Below, one piece after another: positions 1-10,069 of a stretch of DNA of 64,000 bases. The stretch lies in the IMG/VR virus record IMGVR_UViG_3300014204_000140, positions 1-64,000 of that record. One strand, given 5' to 3'. The DNA comes from a virus (lineage: Duplodnaviria; Caudoviricetes). Made by a program: the position numbers and the translations under genes. The notes below the pieces were generated by a model. It saw nothing but the letters and a program-made list of their open reading frames with translations, was not told the DNA's origin and ran no database searches. How positions within the stretch are numbered: position 1 is the first letter of the stretch; the number at the start of each line of letters is the position of its first letter.

Positions 1-289
1 CACTTTCTATACTAAAGATTTTATATAACCATTTTGTTTTTATTTCTTGTCTCTCACAGATTTCTCTGATTTTTGTTTGTTCTTCTTTGGTAAATTTATT
101 AATCATTTTAAGTGATTTTAGAGTGATTGAATCTTCATAGATTTTCTTCTCTTCAATCATTTGATACTTTCTAAGAGATTCTATTTTAACTTGTTCTTTT
201 GCTACTTTTTGTTGGTATTCAATTGGAAAACTTGGTGCAAAAACATTGTTAAATAGAGATAACAAGAACATTATTAAATAGTTTTTCAT
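1..289 (-). CDS. Partial ORF (runs off window): exported protein, probable lytic transglycosylase/SLT-like
   Basis: Not in ORF track; manual translation from ATG 289: MKNYLIMFLLSLFNNVFAPSF...KIREICERQEIKTKWLYKIFSIES. Signal-peptide-like N-terminus; ends in a helix with the Glu-Ser motif typical of SLT domains. Confidence 0.5.
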   Translation of the reverse strand, partial: MKNYLIMFLLSLFNNVFAPSFPIEYQQKVAKEQVKIESLRKYQMIEEKKIYEDSITLKSLKMINKFTKEEQTKIREICERQEIKTKWLYKIFSIES

Positions 290-304
290 GTTAAGAAATT
301 TCGT

Positions 305-545
305 TAATACTATGGATTTGTTATTCTAAATCCGATTGTAGTTTACGTAATTCCCTTTGATTGGTTACTTTTTGACTTATAAACTAACTTTACCGCTTCT
401 GTTTCTATGTTTTGATTATAGCTTTATTAGTATCTTTTTGATTTGATACTATTACGAAGACACCATCGTGAAGGTAGCAGTATTGTCTTCAGACCGAGAC
501 TAATAATCTCAGTCTAATTCGTGATTGGCTAACACAACAATATCC
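305..545 (-). ncRNA. Structured intergenic RNA / leader, family unknown
   Basis: ORF-free, several hairpins, e.g. minus-strand AGACUGAGAU-UAUUA-GUCUCGGUCU (two G-U pairs on minus strand), GAAGACA/UGUCUUC, UAGUAUC/GAUACUA, GGAUUU/AAAUCC. Confidence 0.45.
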
Positions 546-548
546 CTA

Positions 549-1094
549 TTATTGATGTATCAGGTATTTAGCTCTTTCAAATTTGTCAATAATTGACTCT
601 TTTAATAGAGTTTCATATAAATTTTGTATTATTCTAATTTTTTTAGAATTAATATAATAAATTGGTCTTTTCTTGATTTGTTTCTCTTGAGTTATTATTG
701 AACCAATTGTTTCATATTCGGTAGCTACAGGTAGTAATAGTTTAGCATTCTCAACTAATATTGTAAGTCTTGAATCTTTTTTTACCTTTAAAAATTCTGA
801 GTATAGATAATCAATTACATTTTTTATTTTGTAATGAATTATATACTCAAGATATTGGTTATAGACTGGAGTATACTCTTTATCTCCTTGTCTAAAATTT
901 GATAATCTTTCAGGTATTTCAGTAATAGATAGTTCACTTATATGTATAGATTTATAAGTAAAGAACCAATACTTTCTAAATATTATTACTCCATTATTTT
1001 TTACAAAGATATATTTGTACTCTGGAAATAGTGTTTTTAGTATTTCTTTAAGTTTTTTTCTTCGTAATTTGTTAATTTTAAATATAGAATTCAT
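549..1094 (-). CDS. Hypothetical protein
   Basis: 181-aa ORF in the co-oriented left-arm cluster; no motif recognised. Confidence 0.7.
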   Translation of the reverse strand: MNSIFKINKLRRKKLKEILKTLFPEYKYIFVKNNGVIIFRKYWFFTYKSIHISELSITEIPERLSNFRQGDKEYTPVYNQYLEYIIHYKIKNVIDYLYSEFLKVKKDSRLTILVENAKLLLPVATEYETIGSIITQEKQIKKRPIYYINSKKIRIIQNLYETLLKESIIDKFERAKYLIHQ

Positions 1095-1175
1095 TTATTC
1101 ATTCTTTTGACTTTTTAATTGTTTGAAAAATTTGTTTTATTCAACAATCCTTCGTCTTTGTTGAATGAAATAGGA

Positions 1176-1748
1176 TTAAATTAATAAATTAATAAGTTCT
1201 TTCATTGTTAAGAACTCGTTATTAAATATATATGAAAGAATATAGTATGATACTATATAAGATATAGCTAAGGATATAAATATAAAAAATCCTTTTGTTA
1301 ATACTAATCTCCAATCGTCAGTACTTTTCTTCATTCGTTTTATTACCAAAAATACGGATAACCCCATACATAGTATGCTTAGAACTTTAATTAAAGTATC
1401 GTTTCTTATTCTTTTAACTATAAACTTCTCATTTCCAAGTCCATACTTTTGAAGTATTATTTCTTGTGTTGTTGGAAGATATTCTTTTTCTACTATTGGT
1501 TCTTTTTCTAAACTCTTTAACACAATAAGTTTATGTTTATTAACTTCAATAGTAGATTCAAGAGCTTCCATAAATTTTGCATTTGTCTCTAATTTATATG
1601 GTCCAATATTTTTAGCAGTTACATTAATATTAACTGATTTAGTAGAATCAGTAACTTGATATTTAGTTCTACTATTATTAGGATACATAAAAGACGATAA
1701 AATAAATGCAAAAATAATTGTTGCAATTGAATATATGATTTTTTTCAT
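1176..1748 (-). CDS. Membrane protein (N-terminal signal/TM plus two C-terminal TM helices)
   Basis: MKKIIYSIATIIFAFILSSF N-terminus; hydrophobic VLSILCMGLSVFLVI and GFFIFISLAISYIVSYYILSYIF. Confidence 0.7.
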   Translation of the reverse strand: MKKIIYSIATIIFAFILSSFMYPNNSRTKYQVTDSTKSVNINVTAKNIGPYKLETNAKFMEALESTIEVNKHKLIVLKSLEKEPIVEKEYLPTTQEIILQKYGLGNEKFIVKRIRNDTLIKVLSILCMGLSVFLVIKRMKKSTDDWRLVLTKGFFIFISLAISYIVSYYILSYIFNNEFLTMKELINLLI

Positions 1749-1776
1749 TATATATTAATAGATAATTTGATTTATA

Positions 1777-2301
1777 TTAATATTGTTCTTTATCAAGTAC
1801 TCTTTTTATATAAGAAACTGCTGCATCTGAAGTTTTTGCAATTTCTCTAGCTAATGAGAGTTCGATTTCACTAAGTCTTTTCCATTCTTTAATAGCTTCA
1901 TTTCTATCATAGAAGTATTTAGAAGAATTTCCTTCTAAGTTAGCTAATGGTATATCAAAACCTGATGTTCCATTAATATGTACATACCCTGGTTTTGATC
2001 TTGCATCAATTTCTAAAACTTGGATATCTTCCATAGTATATCCTGTTAAAGATTCTACTGCAATAAGTTCTTTACGTTCTTTACGTTTTAAAGAATCTTC
2101 TTTATCTTTAACTAAATAGACACCTATTCGATATACCATACCTCCATTGCGACCGAGTTGGGTATAAAATTTAGCAAGATCATCTTTTTCTCTTGCCATA
2201 CTAGGTTTTTTTTCTTCATTTAAAAGACATTCTTTTTTTGAATTATCTTTATTATACTCATCTCCTATTAATAAGAGATCATCTTTTTCTTTTTCTGACA
2301 T
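1777..2301 (-). CDS. Hypothetical protein
   Basis: 174-aa ORF with ATG 1 nt from the upstream stop. Confidence 0.75.
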   Translation of the reverse strand: MSEKEKDDLLLIGDEYNKDNSKKECLLNEEKKPSMAREKDDLAKFYTQLGRNGGMVYRIGVYLVKDKEDSLKRKERKELIAVESLTGYTMEDIQVLEIDARSKPGYVHINGTSGFDIPLANLEGNSSKYFYDRNEAIKEWKRLSEIELSLAREIAKTSDAAVSYIKRVLDKEQY

Positions 2302-2302
2302 T

Positions 2303-3049
2303 TTATTTTGATTTTTGATTAATTAATATTCTATTTATTATTGAATACCAGATCATTTTAAGTGTTATAATAATCCACTTTTTAAATCCATTTTTAGTCT
2401 TTTCTTTCTGATCACCAATACTAAACTTCTTTGACTGAAGATTTAAATTTTTGATTAATTTTGGATTAGTTACTACGATATAAGGAAATATAGCAGTATC
2501 ACGTTCTTTTTCATAGTCTGTATAGTCACTAGGTATTTGTAACCATACATTTGTAAATGGAGATCTAGCATTTCCCCATTCTCCTTTTTTACAACTTTTT
2601 TTATCTGTTGTCCAGTATTTTTTAAAAGGTTTCCAGAAAACAATTTCTTTATTATCTATTTCTGTTATAGGATACTCTTTTGAAGATACAGAGTACACTA
2701 ATTTAATTCCACCTATTTCTAAGTCTGTTACTGGTACTCCTAATACAATACTAGGAGATCTTACAGATTGTAGTGTGTATTTTGTCATTTTACTATGTTT
2801 TTGAGTTTTTGAATATTTAAATCCAATTATATTTTTTAGCTTTTTATTATATTTTAATGGCCATAATATATTGTATTTTATTGGATTAAATATAGTTTTG
2901 TAATATAATCTGCAAATTAATGGATATTTCTGTAATATATAAAATATTTTTGAGTGTGTTAATATATTATATATTTCTCTATCTGTAATTTTTTTAATTG
3001 GTCTTATACAGAATATATTTAATAATTTATTTATTATTTTTTTTATCAT
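2303..3049 (-). CDS. Hypothetical protein (start likely MIKKIINK at 3049 rather than GTG 3094)
   Basis: Long ORF; C-terminal half looks globular (FWKPFKKYW, WGNARSPFTNVW). Confidence 0.6.
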   Translation of the reverse strand: MIKKIINKLLNIFCIRPIKKITDREIYNILTHSKIFYILQKYPLICRLYYKTIFNPIKYNILWPLKYNKKLKNIIGFKYSKTQKHSKMTKYTLQSVRSPSIVLGVPVTDLEIGGIKLVYSVSSKEYPITEIDNKEIVFWKPFKKYWTTDKKSCKKGEWGNARSPFTNVWLQIPSDYTDYEKERDTAIFPYIVVTNPKLIKNLNLQSKKFSIGDQKEKTKNGFKKWIIITLKMIWYSIINRILINQKSK

Positions 3050-3309
3050 AAAAAGTAAGTAGTAAAATACCACATTGTTATAAGTCAAATTCACTTCAGT
3101 TCGAAAACACTAAATTTACGATTTAGTTATGATTCATTATTTAACTTATTACTTATATAGTTTAGTAAAGTATAGACTTTATTAAAATCTGATATATTTG
3201 TGAGATATACTCTACTACTTACTATAATGTGATAGTTTATATTCTTTATAGAATGTTTATTGTATTTTAGTGTATATTTTGTTATTATTAGACCATTAGT
3301 ATTTTTCAA

Positions 3310-4535
3310 CCTAATCCCTTTCTAATAACTACATACATACTTATACATTTATATGCAAAATTACTCTCAAATGAATTTTTATTCAGTCTATGGTATTAGA
3401 CTAACAGAGCTTATATGATGCGTAAGACTCACGCCCATTATAATTAGAATTAATTTTACTTTTCCAGAGTAAAACCTATTGTATATTAAATGTACCACGA
3501 CCATATTTCAATTTGAAATCCAGTATGGCTTACTTTCGCCGTTTATGTCATTTTGGTTCTCTTACGACTTTTACGCCCAGGTAAGATATAATATTTAAAT
3601 AATAGAATCTAATATCTAACGTCAGTATGTAAAAATAATTATTTAAAAAGATTCAGATGTTCCTTCTGGGAATCAACTTATTATACAAGTTTCATTCAAT
3701 TTGGACTTGAGGACTTTATATAACTCTTACATCATTTCATTATTATGTTAGTTGGACTTAGCACAATGTCAGCTAGTTTTTTCCATAATAACTTTCTATC
3801 AACCTTATCTTATTGGATTGTATATACTTATAATATCGAATTCTTTCAGGTTCCCTAAGTTTTTATACAAAAGGATTACTGTTCTTAATAATATTAACCT
3901 AAAGGTATAGTGTCAATCGCAGATCACCTAATTATAAGTCATAGCTTATAAGATTAAGTAGATGGGCTAATATTATTTAGGAATTAGTCAATCCCCACTA
4001 CTTGTTTCTTAAATAATAGCGAGACAAGCTATATCTAAAATTTATATTTATCTAAATATGTCGATAAATACTTTAGAGATATGTTTTACTCTAAATAGTA
4101 GTCCGATAAGGCCTTTTCCATCACTCCTCTCTATCGGTTTTCTTCGACAACCTTAGTAAAGTACAATTTCGGGAATTTCACCCTATCGTTGTCATAATGT
4201 TATATATAGAAGATAATTTTAAAATATAAAATAGATAAACTTGGAGCTATAAAGTTAAACTTTATAAGAGATCTTCCGGATCTCAAATAATATTAGATAC
4301 CTAATCTAGTTTTATAATCACCTGTGATCAACTATATTGATTAGAGTGAAGAATATTAATACTCCAAGCCTATTTTATATTTTACTTGTACCGTTTAGAT
4401 CTTTTATAGGTACTAGTTTTGAATTATAAATATTATAAATAATAATACCCCAAATTTGTATAATCAAAGTATTACTATAGTATTATATAGCTACTAATTA
4501 TTTATAACATCGTTCTATAATACTTTACCGTCCAA
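3310..4535 (-). ncRNA. Large (~1.2 kb) highly structured non-coding region, candidate large ncRNA
   Basis: No ORF >=60 aa on either strand. 15-bp perfect stem 4220-4234/4370-4384 enclosing further stems; T-loop-like GGGUGAAAUUCCC (4171-4183) and GNRA hairpin GGGC-GUGA-GUCU (3425-3436) on minus strand. Some stems show G-T pairs on plus, so strand is not certain. Confidence 0.6.
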
Positions 4536-4536
4536 T

Positions 4537-6078
4537 TTAAAATTTTTGAATTCTTTCGTAACTATCCCTTGGAAATTCTGATTTCCAAATTATTACTTTT
4601 GAGATAGGTATAGATAATTTTTTGATAAAATTGTTGATAATATCTAGTACTTCTCTACTATCTGTTAATTCTGCATTTTCAACTTGGTCATAATCTATAT
4701 TTATTAACAGATATGGATTTTCATTTGGAATTAAAGATTTATATAGTACACATTCTGAAATAAAAGGAATATGTCTTAATACTTCTTCTATTCTTTTAGA
4801 TTGTGTATTATAATCAGATGTTCTGCATATAAAGTATATATTTCCATCTTTATCTTTTATTCCTAAATCGTCTAATGAAATATCTAATGGAGTATTAAAT
4901 TTTATAAGTATTCTATGTAGAATTATAATATTATCAATTACTGTAACATTTCCAGTAATTGATTTTCCAACTGATTCTAATTTAAAATTAGATGGATCAG
5001 AATAAGTTGCTATTCCACAAGTTTCTACTGTTCCGTAAGTTACAGTATATGGAAAATTTATTTTCTTTAAAAGTTTTTCCATATACAATCCTATAGAAGA
5101 ATTAAGAATTATTAATTTCTCTATATTAGGAAATAGTATAGATAATCTCTCTTTTATAATAAGATTATTTATAGATGGAATATTCTTCTGTGTAAATGGA
5201 AAATAGTATAGAAATTTCCATAATGATCTTAAATATTCTTTAGTTTTAAATGGTTCAGATTTTACAAAGTTAAAGTACAATTGAAGAAATCTATATGCAT
5301 TTAATATTATAACTGGTGGTTTATACTTTTCAATATTATATTGTATATTGTAATGTGATATAATACTTGAATTAATTATAATTCTTGTATTACTAATTAA
5401 TGGTAGTAATAATCCAATTACATAATTATATGTGAAAGTTGGATAAGAAAGATATTCAGTTTTTGATTCGAATATTTCTTTGTTTTTTAATTCCTTTAAT
5501 AAGATAAGTATTTCACTGAATGAAATTTTAATCTTTTTTAAATCATTAGGGGAATATATTATTATATCAGGTCCTATTCTCTTCATTTGGAAGTTTTTAA
5601 TAATCATTCTGTATATTTGTCGAATACTTATTTTATCTTTTACTTCTTTAGGAATTAGAGTTTGTTCTGTATTATAAGATCTAAGGTATTTAGTAGGTAT
5701 AACAATACCTCTAAATTTTAAAGATTTTATTTCTTCATCTTTTAAATCTGTTATTAAAATATTACAATTACTAACAGATAAAATATGTGATATTCTTGAA
5801 TGTGATTGTAATGAAGGTATAAGAATTATAGTACTATTATTAAATATACTACCTAAAAATGCTATTATCCATTCTATAGAATTACTAGCACATATTGCTA
5901 TATTGTTTTTTTCGAAGTTAGTATTAGTATAGTTATCATAGTTATTTAATTCTATTGATAACATAGTAGCACTTTTTATTAAATCATTATATTTAATTGA
6001 TTTTTCTTCTTGAACTGCTGCTATATCATTCCAGAAATTTCTGATATTTATTATTAGATATTTTACTAGTTTTTTCAT
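4537..6078 (-). CDS. AMP-binding (long-chain acyl-CoA synthetase-like) protein, divergent
   Basis: IAICASNSIEWIIAFLG, PYTVTYGTVETCG (YGxTE-like), SVGK, DDLGIKDKDGNIYFICR (GDLG...GR-like); P-loop replaced by IIIYSPNDLKK. Confidence 0.75.
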   Translation of the reverse strand: MKKLVKYLIINIRNFWNDIAAVQEEKSIKYNDLIKSATMLSIELNNYDNYTNTNFEKNNIAICASNSIEWIIAFLGSIFNNSTIILIPSLQSHSRISHILSVSNCNILITDLKDEEIKSLKFRGIVIPTKYLRSYNTEQTLIPKEVKDKISIRQIYRMIIKNFQMKRIGPDIIIYSPNDLKKIKISFSEILILLKELKNKEIFESKTEYLSYPTFTYNYVIGLLLPLISNTRIIINSSIISHYNIQYNIEKYKPPVIILNAYRFLQLYFNFVKSEPFKTKEYLRSLWKFLYYFPFTQKNIPSINNLIIKERLSILFPNIEKLIILNSSIGLYMEKLLKKINFPYTVTYGTVETCGIATYSDPSNFKLESVGKSITGNVTVIDNIIILHRILIKFNTPLDISLDDLGIKDKDGNIYFICRTSDYNTQSKRIEEVLRHIPFISECVLYKSLIPNENPYLLINIDYDQVENAELTDSREVLDIINNFIKKLSIPISKVIIWKSEFPRDSYERIQKF

Positions 6079-6455
6079 TATAGTCTTGATTTTTCAAATT
6101 CTTTGATTATTTGAATATTTTTTCGAATTTCAGAATCTACACATCCAAGTTGTCTTGTAACTTTAAATGTTTCACAAGATTCTGATATTGTTATAGTATA
6201 TTCCTTTAAATGGTCGTTTTTTTCTTCAATATTTTCTATAACTAAAGACATTGTTGATTTTTTGTCTTCTGTATTATTGATTAAAAATATTGAATTAGGA
6301 TGAGATTCTATGAAGATTATTATTTCTTCTTTACACTCGTTAAGACGAGCATATTTACATGCTGTTCCAATAGTTTCTCCTTGTATAAACTTTTCAAGTT
6401 CTATATCGAAGAAATATTCTAATAATTTTAAACTATCTTTTGATATATATTTCAT
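6078..6455 (-). CDS. Hypothetical protein (start likely MKYISK)
   Basis: ATGA overlap with the upstream stop at 6452-6455; its stop overlaps the next start at 6078. Confidence 0.7.
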   Translation of the reverse strand: MKYISKDSLKLLEYFFDIELEKFIQGETIGTACKYARLNECKEEIIIFIESHPNSIFLINNTEDKKSTMSLVIENIEEKNDHLKEYTITISESCETFKVTRQLGCVDSEIRKNIQIIKEFEKSRL

Positions 6456-7018
6456 ATTTTTATTTGTATTTTTGTTGATATTGAACAAGTTTTATATCTC
6501 GGACAGATATCACTATTCAAATATCTATTAATATCTATGTAATTTCCAAATACATCTTTTTGATTTAAAAGTATTGGACTTACGTTACTTTCTAAGTATA
6601 AAGACCCTTCTTTAATATTATATACTTTATCTTGATAATCTGATAAAAATAGTATATAATATATTGGATTTCCTACGTATTCTCCAAGGAGATTTCTATA
6701 TCTTTCAAGTTCAAGTCGAATAAACCCTTGCTGCATTTCTCTTTGTGAAAGTGCCCATTGGTTCCATTCAATATATCCAAAATTATGATCTTGAAATAAA
6801 GGAAGTAAAAGATTTTTTATTTGATTATTTACTTCTCTTTGTCTACTTTCGATTTCTTCTATCATTGAATAATAAAATTCTCTTGTAGTTAATCTTATAT
6901 CTGTTCTTGAAGATATTTCTTTAGATTTAATTAAATATCTTTTGTTTAATTTTAGTGATAGAATTATTTTTGATAATTGAATTATTCTTGATATCACTGT
7001 AATTTCTTTTTTTTCCAT
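6452..7018 (-). CDS. Hypothetical protein
   Basis: 188-aa ORF coupled to the next gene. Confidence 0.75.
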   Translation of the reverse strand: MEKKEITVISRIIQLSKIILSLKLNKRYLIKSKEISSRTDIRLTTREFYYSMIEEIESRQREVNNQIKNLLLPLFQDHNFGYIEWNQWALSQREMQQGFIRLELERYRNLLGEYVGNPIYYILFLSDYQDKVYNIKEGSLYLESNVSPILLNQKDVFGNYIDINRYLNSDICPRYKTCSISTKIQIKI

Positions 7019-7121
7019 AGTCGTAGTATTTTAAAGTTAATAAAAAGATAGAGAATTACTTATATTCAATTATATTGATATGTTCATTCTCTATCAAAAT
7101 TAAATCACTATAAGACTTAAT

Positions 7122-9875
7122 TTATTTCTTATTCTTCTCTTTAGCTTTAGCATCAGCTAATTTCTTAGCTTCAAATTCTGCATCTGCTTTAGCTTTAATA
7201 TCTGCTAAGTAAGCTTTTGTTTCTTCTAATTCTTTAAGCTTGTCACTTTTCTTAATAGTTGATATGACAAAGTTTAACATTTCAGCTCTTCCTCCAGCAC
7301 TATTTGGACATTTATGCCATTTTTTGTTTAATGGTAAATATTGACTTGCAAATTCATTTACTCTTTCTGGAAAAGTTTTATAATCCTTTTCAAGAAGAAA
7401 ATCTTCTATAATAGCCTTTATTCGATTAGTATCCTTTTCTTTAGCTACTATATTATATTTTTTTTGAATATCAGTCAATTCTTCTTTTTCCTTGGTGCCA
7501 TTTTCTTGAGATGTTACAGTTGTAACAGTTTCTGAAGGAGTAACAATTTGTTGACCATTTTGGGTCTCCTTTGTAACAGATATGGGTTGGTTTGTGATAA
7601 CATTTTTCTCTTCCCCCAGTTTGGAGTCTCCTTCTTTATTCTCTATAGTTTTCACAACATCCTCTGTAACCACATTCTTTACATCCTCTTTCTTTATAGA
7701 AGAGGTAGTAGGTACAGAATCTTCCCCCGTTACACCAGTAGCCTTTCCATTATCAACAATCTTTACATCTTTTACTACTTCCGCAGTTTTGTTCTCCGTT
7801 GTAAGAACGATATTCTGTCCAGTTTTTTCTACAGAAGTAACTTTTGACTCCCCCGATTTACCATCTTTTGTATCTATTTTTGTATTCGCAGATGGTACAG
7901 TAGGAGTAACTGTTGATATAGTATCCCCAGCAGGTTTGTTTTGTACATTGTTCTGCCCAGCATTCTTCCCAGTAGCAGTTTGTTGTGTTGCAGTTTGAGA
8001 TGCAGGGCCTTTGTCTTCCCCCGGTTTATCGGTATTTGCATTCTTTTTTGAAAAAGAAGAGATCTTTACATTCTGTACATTTGAAGATACAACAGCTGAA
8101 GAGTTTGTATTCTGGGTTTGCTTTGTAGATTGCTTCCCATTTTTCTCTTCCCCCAATTTACCACCTTTCTTCTCTGATGAGTCTTCTGCCTTTGGTGTAC
8201 CAGAGGACTCTTTTACGTTTGGGCTTTTTACAACTTTATCTTCTTTTTCAAATTCTTTTTTGTAATTATCTCGAACCTCAATAAACCAGTTAACAACTTT
8301 TTCTCTATTCCAATCTTTACTTTCTGTAATTTTGTTAACAAATTGGATAGCTAAGAAAGATGCAATCATGTATTTTGTCCTAAATTTTCCAGATGTAGAT
8401 TTGATATCTTTTTCTTTATTGGATAATATCATTATAATTATATCTTTAAAATCTTTTAAAGTCGTACAAATACATGCAGTTTCCCATATTTCTGGATATT
8501 CTTTTTGAATATCTACTGATTCGTTCAATGGTGGAATAGAAGAAATGTTATTAGATTTATCCTCTTTTGTTTTAGATTCTTCTTTTTGTTGAAGTTCAAT
8601 TGCTTTGTTTTCAGCCTCTTCGACTATTTTTTCTTTATCTGTAGAAGAAGCAGTTTCAGTTAATTCAGGTTTTGAACCTCCTAAAGTATTTTTGTACTCT
8701 TCTTTAATTAAATTCCAAATTACAGATGTTTTTTCTTTATCGTCTTTTGATGGATAATCAGTAACTAATTTTATTCCATCTTCAAAACATTTATGTGCAG
8801 TTAAAAATCTATCGCCTTTAAAATTTTTATCTTTAAGAATTTCAAGACATTTTTTTCTAAGTTCTGCAAGATTACAGGTTTTAGACTCTTCAATTATTAC
8901 AGCATCTTCAATTTTTCCAGTAATAATGAATTTTCTATTAATTTCGGTAAGAAGTTTAGCATCGGTATTATTAACTGCTTCATAAACCAAATCTTCTGGT
9001 TTAGATTTAACTTCTTTGGCAATTGTAAGTATTACATCATCTTCAACTGATGTATCAATACTATTAAATTTATTTAATTCAATTTGAGTCTTGAATGAAA
9101 TAAACTTATTCTTTTTGATATCTGTAATTGCCATATTAACAATGCTACTTTTTGATTTTATCAATTCTTTAGCATCTTTAAGAAATTCAATCCATTTAAC
9201 TAGAGTTAACTTTTCTAATCCCTTATTTTCACTTAACTTAACTCCATAATAAAGCGGAAGAACTTCAAATATGAATCTTTCTTCTACTTTTTCTCTACTC
9301 ATTAGATTGAACTTTTCAAATAAATCTATAGAAAGATTTAGTGCATCTTCATATCGATTTTCATCTACAAGTAATTTAGCAATTTCATCAATTTTAGTTT
9401 CAGTATCAGCAAGTGGTATAAGAATTTGTAATTTCTTAGATATTTCTGTTGGAGTTCCAAAAATTACTTTTCTTGTATATCCTTCAAAATATTTAATTTT
9501 GTTTTCTTCTATTACTTTTTCTTTTCTTGCTGGAATCTTGGGATTCATTTGAATTACTTTATTTCCTTCATTAGGAAATATAAGTTTTTGTTGAGGATTT
9601 GTGATATCTTCATTTGAATTTACAAACATATTATCTGTTTGTAAGATCTCTTTTGTAAGTTTTACTTTCTTTTCAAAAATATTAAAAAGATCCATTTCAA
9701 GTTCTGCTAGTCTAGTTTTACTAGCTGTAGGACTAGCTTTTAATTGAGAGATTAAATCGAAACCATTCTTAATATCTTCTACTGAAGTTACTAATGAATT
9801 AGTTAAGATATTACGATCTACTTCTTGAATCTCTTTAATAATTTCGTTATTTATTTTCTTTACTGCTGAATTCAT
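7122..9875 (-). CDS. Large hypothetical protein with long low-complexity (K/E/T/S/N/Q) linker
   Basis: 917-aa ORF; helical-looking N- and C-terminal regions flank a ~250-aa disordered-looking segment containing KLGEEKN twice. Confidence 0.85.
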   Translation of the reverse strand: MNSAVKKINNEIIKEIQEVDRNILTNSLVTSVEDIKNGFDLISQLKASPTASKTRLAELEMDLFNIFEKKVKLTKEILQTDNMFVNSNEDITNPQQKLIFPNEGNKVIQMNPKIPARKEKVIEENKIKYFEGYTRKVIFGTPTEISKKLQILIPLADTETKIDEIAKLLVDENRYEDALNLSIDLFEKFNLMSREKVEERFIFEVLPLYYGVKLSENKGLEKLTLVKWIEFLKDAKELIKSKSSIVNMAITDIKKNKFISFKTQIELNKFNSIDTSVEDDVILTIAKEVKSKPEDLVYEAVNNTDAKLLTEINRKFIITGKIEDAVIIEESKTCNLAELRKKCLEILKDKNFKGDRFLTAHKCFEDGIKLVTDYPSKDDKEKTSVIWNLIKEEYKNTLGGSKPELTETASSTDKEKIVEEAENKAIELQQKEESKTKEDKSNNISSIPPLNESVDIQKEYPEIWETACICTTLKDFKDIIIMILSNKEKDIKSTSGKFRTKYMIASFLAIQFVNKITESKDWNREKVVNWFIEVRDNYKKEFEKEDKVVKSPNVKESSGTPKAEDSSEKKGGKLGEEKNGKQSTKQTQNTNSSAVVSSNVQNVKISSFSKKNANTDKPGEDKGPASQTATQQTATGKNAGQNNVQNKPAGDTISTVTPTVPSANTKIDTKDGKSGESKVTSVEKTGQNIVLTTENKTAEVVKDVKIVDNGKATGVTGEDSVPTTSSIKKEDVKNVVTEDVVKTIENKEGDSKLGEEKNVITNQPISVTKETQNGQQIVTPSETVTTVTSQENGTKEKEELTDIQKKYNIVAKEKDTNRIKAIIEDFLLEKDYKTFPERVNEFASQYLPLNKKWHKCPNSAGGRAEMLNFVISTIKKSDKLKELEETKAYLADIKAKADAEFEAKKLADAKAKEKNKK

Positions 9876-10069
9876 TTATTTGATTTTATTAGTTTGATTT
9901 ATAACCTGATAAAACCAATCACGTTTTTGTTTATTTAGTAATCAATCGTAGTAGGGACTACGTTTATTTTATTAGATTTTGAAAATTAAGAGATATGCTG
10001 TCGTTACACCATCAATTAATCATTATTGATTAATATATTGTCAGTTTTTAACTGACTCCTTCTCTTGAA

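Noticed and set aside
460-520. Hammerhead suggested by minus-strand CUGAAGA
   Set aside because: No stem II-GAAA arrangement and no valid NUH cleavage triplet.
3127-3309. 60-aa minus-strand ORF
   Set aside because: TTG start, extreme AT content and no motif; cannot be supported, though not excluded.
4140-4200. FMN riboswitch or group II intron suggested by AGGGUGAAAUUCCCGA
   Set aside because: Only the T-loop hairpin matches; the rest of the FMN aptamer and a group II domain V were not found.
7341-9552. Plus-strand ORFs opposite the 917-aa gene and similar antisense ORFs elsewhere in the track
   Set aside because: F/S/L-rich shadows of codon-biased or low-complexity real genes.
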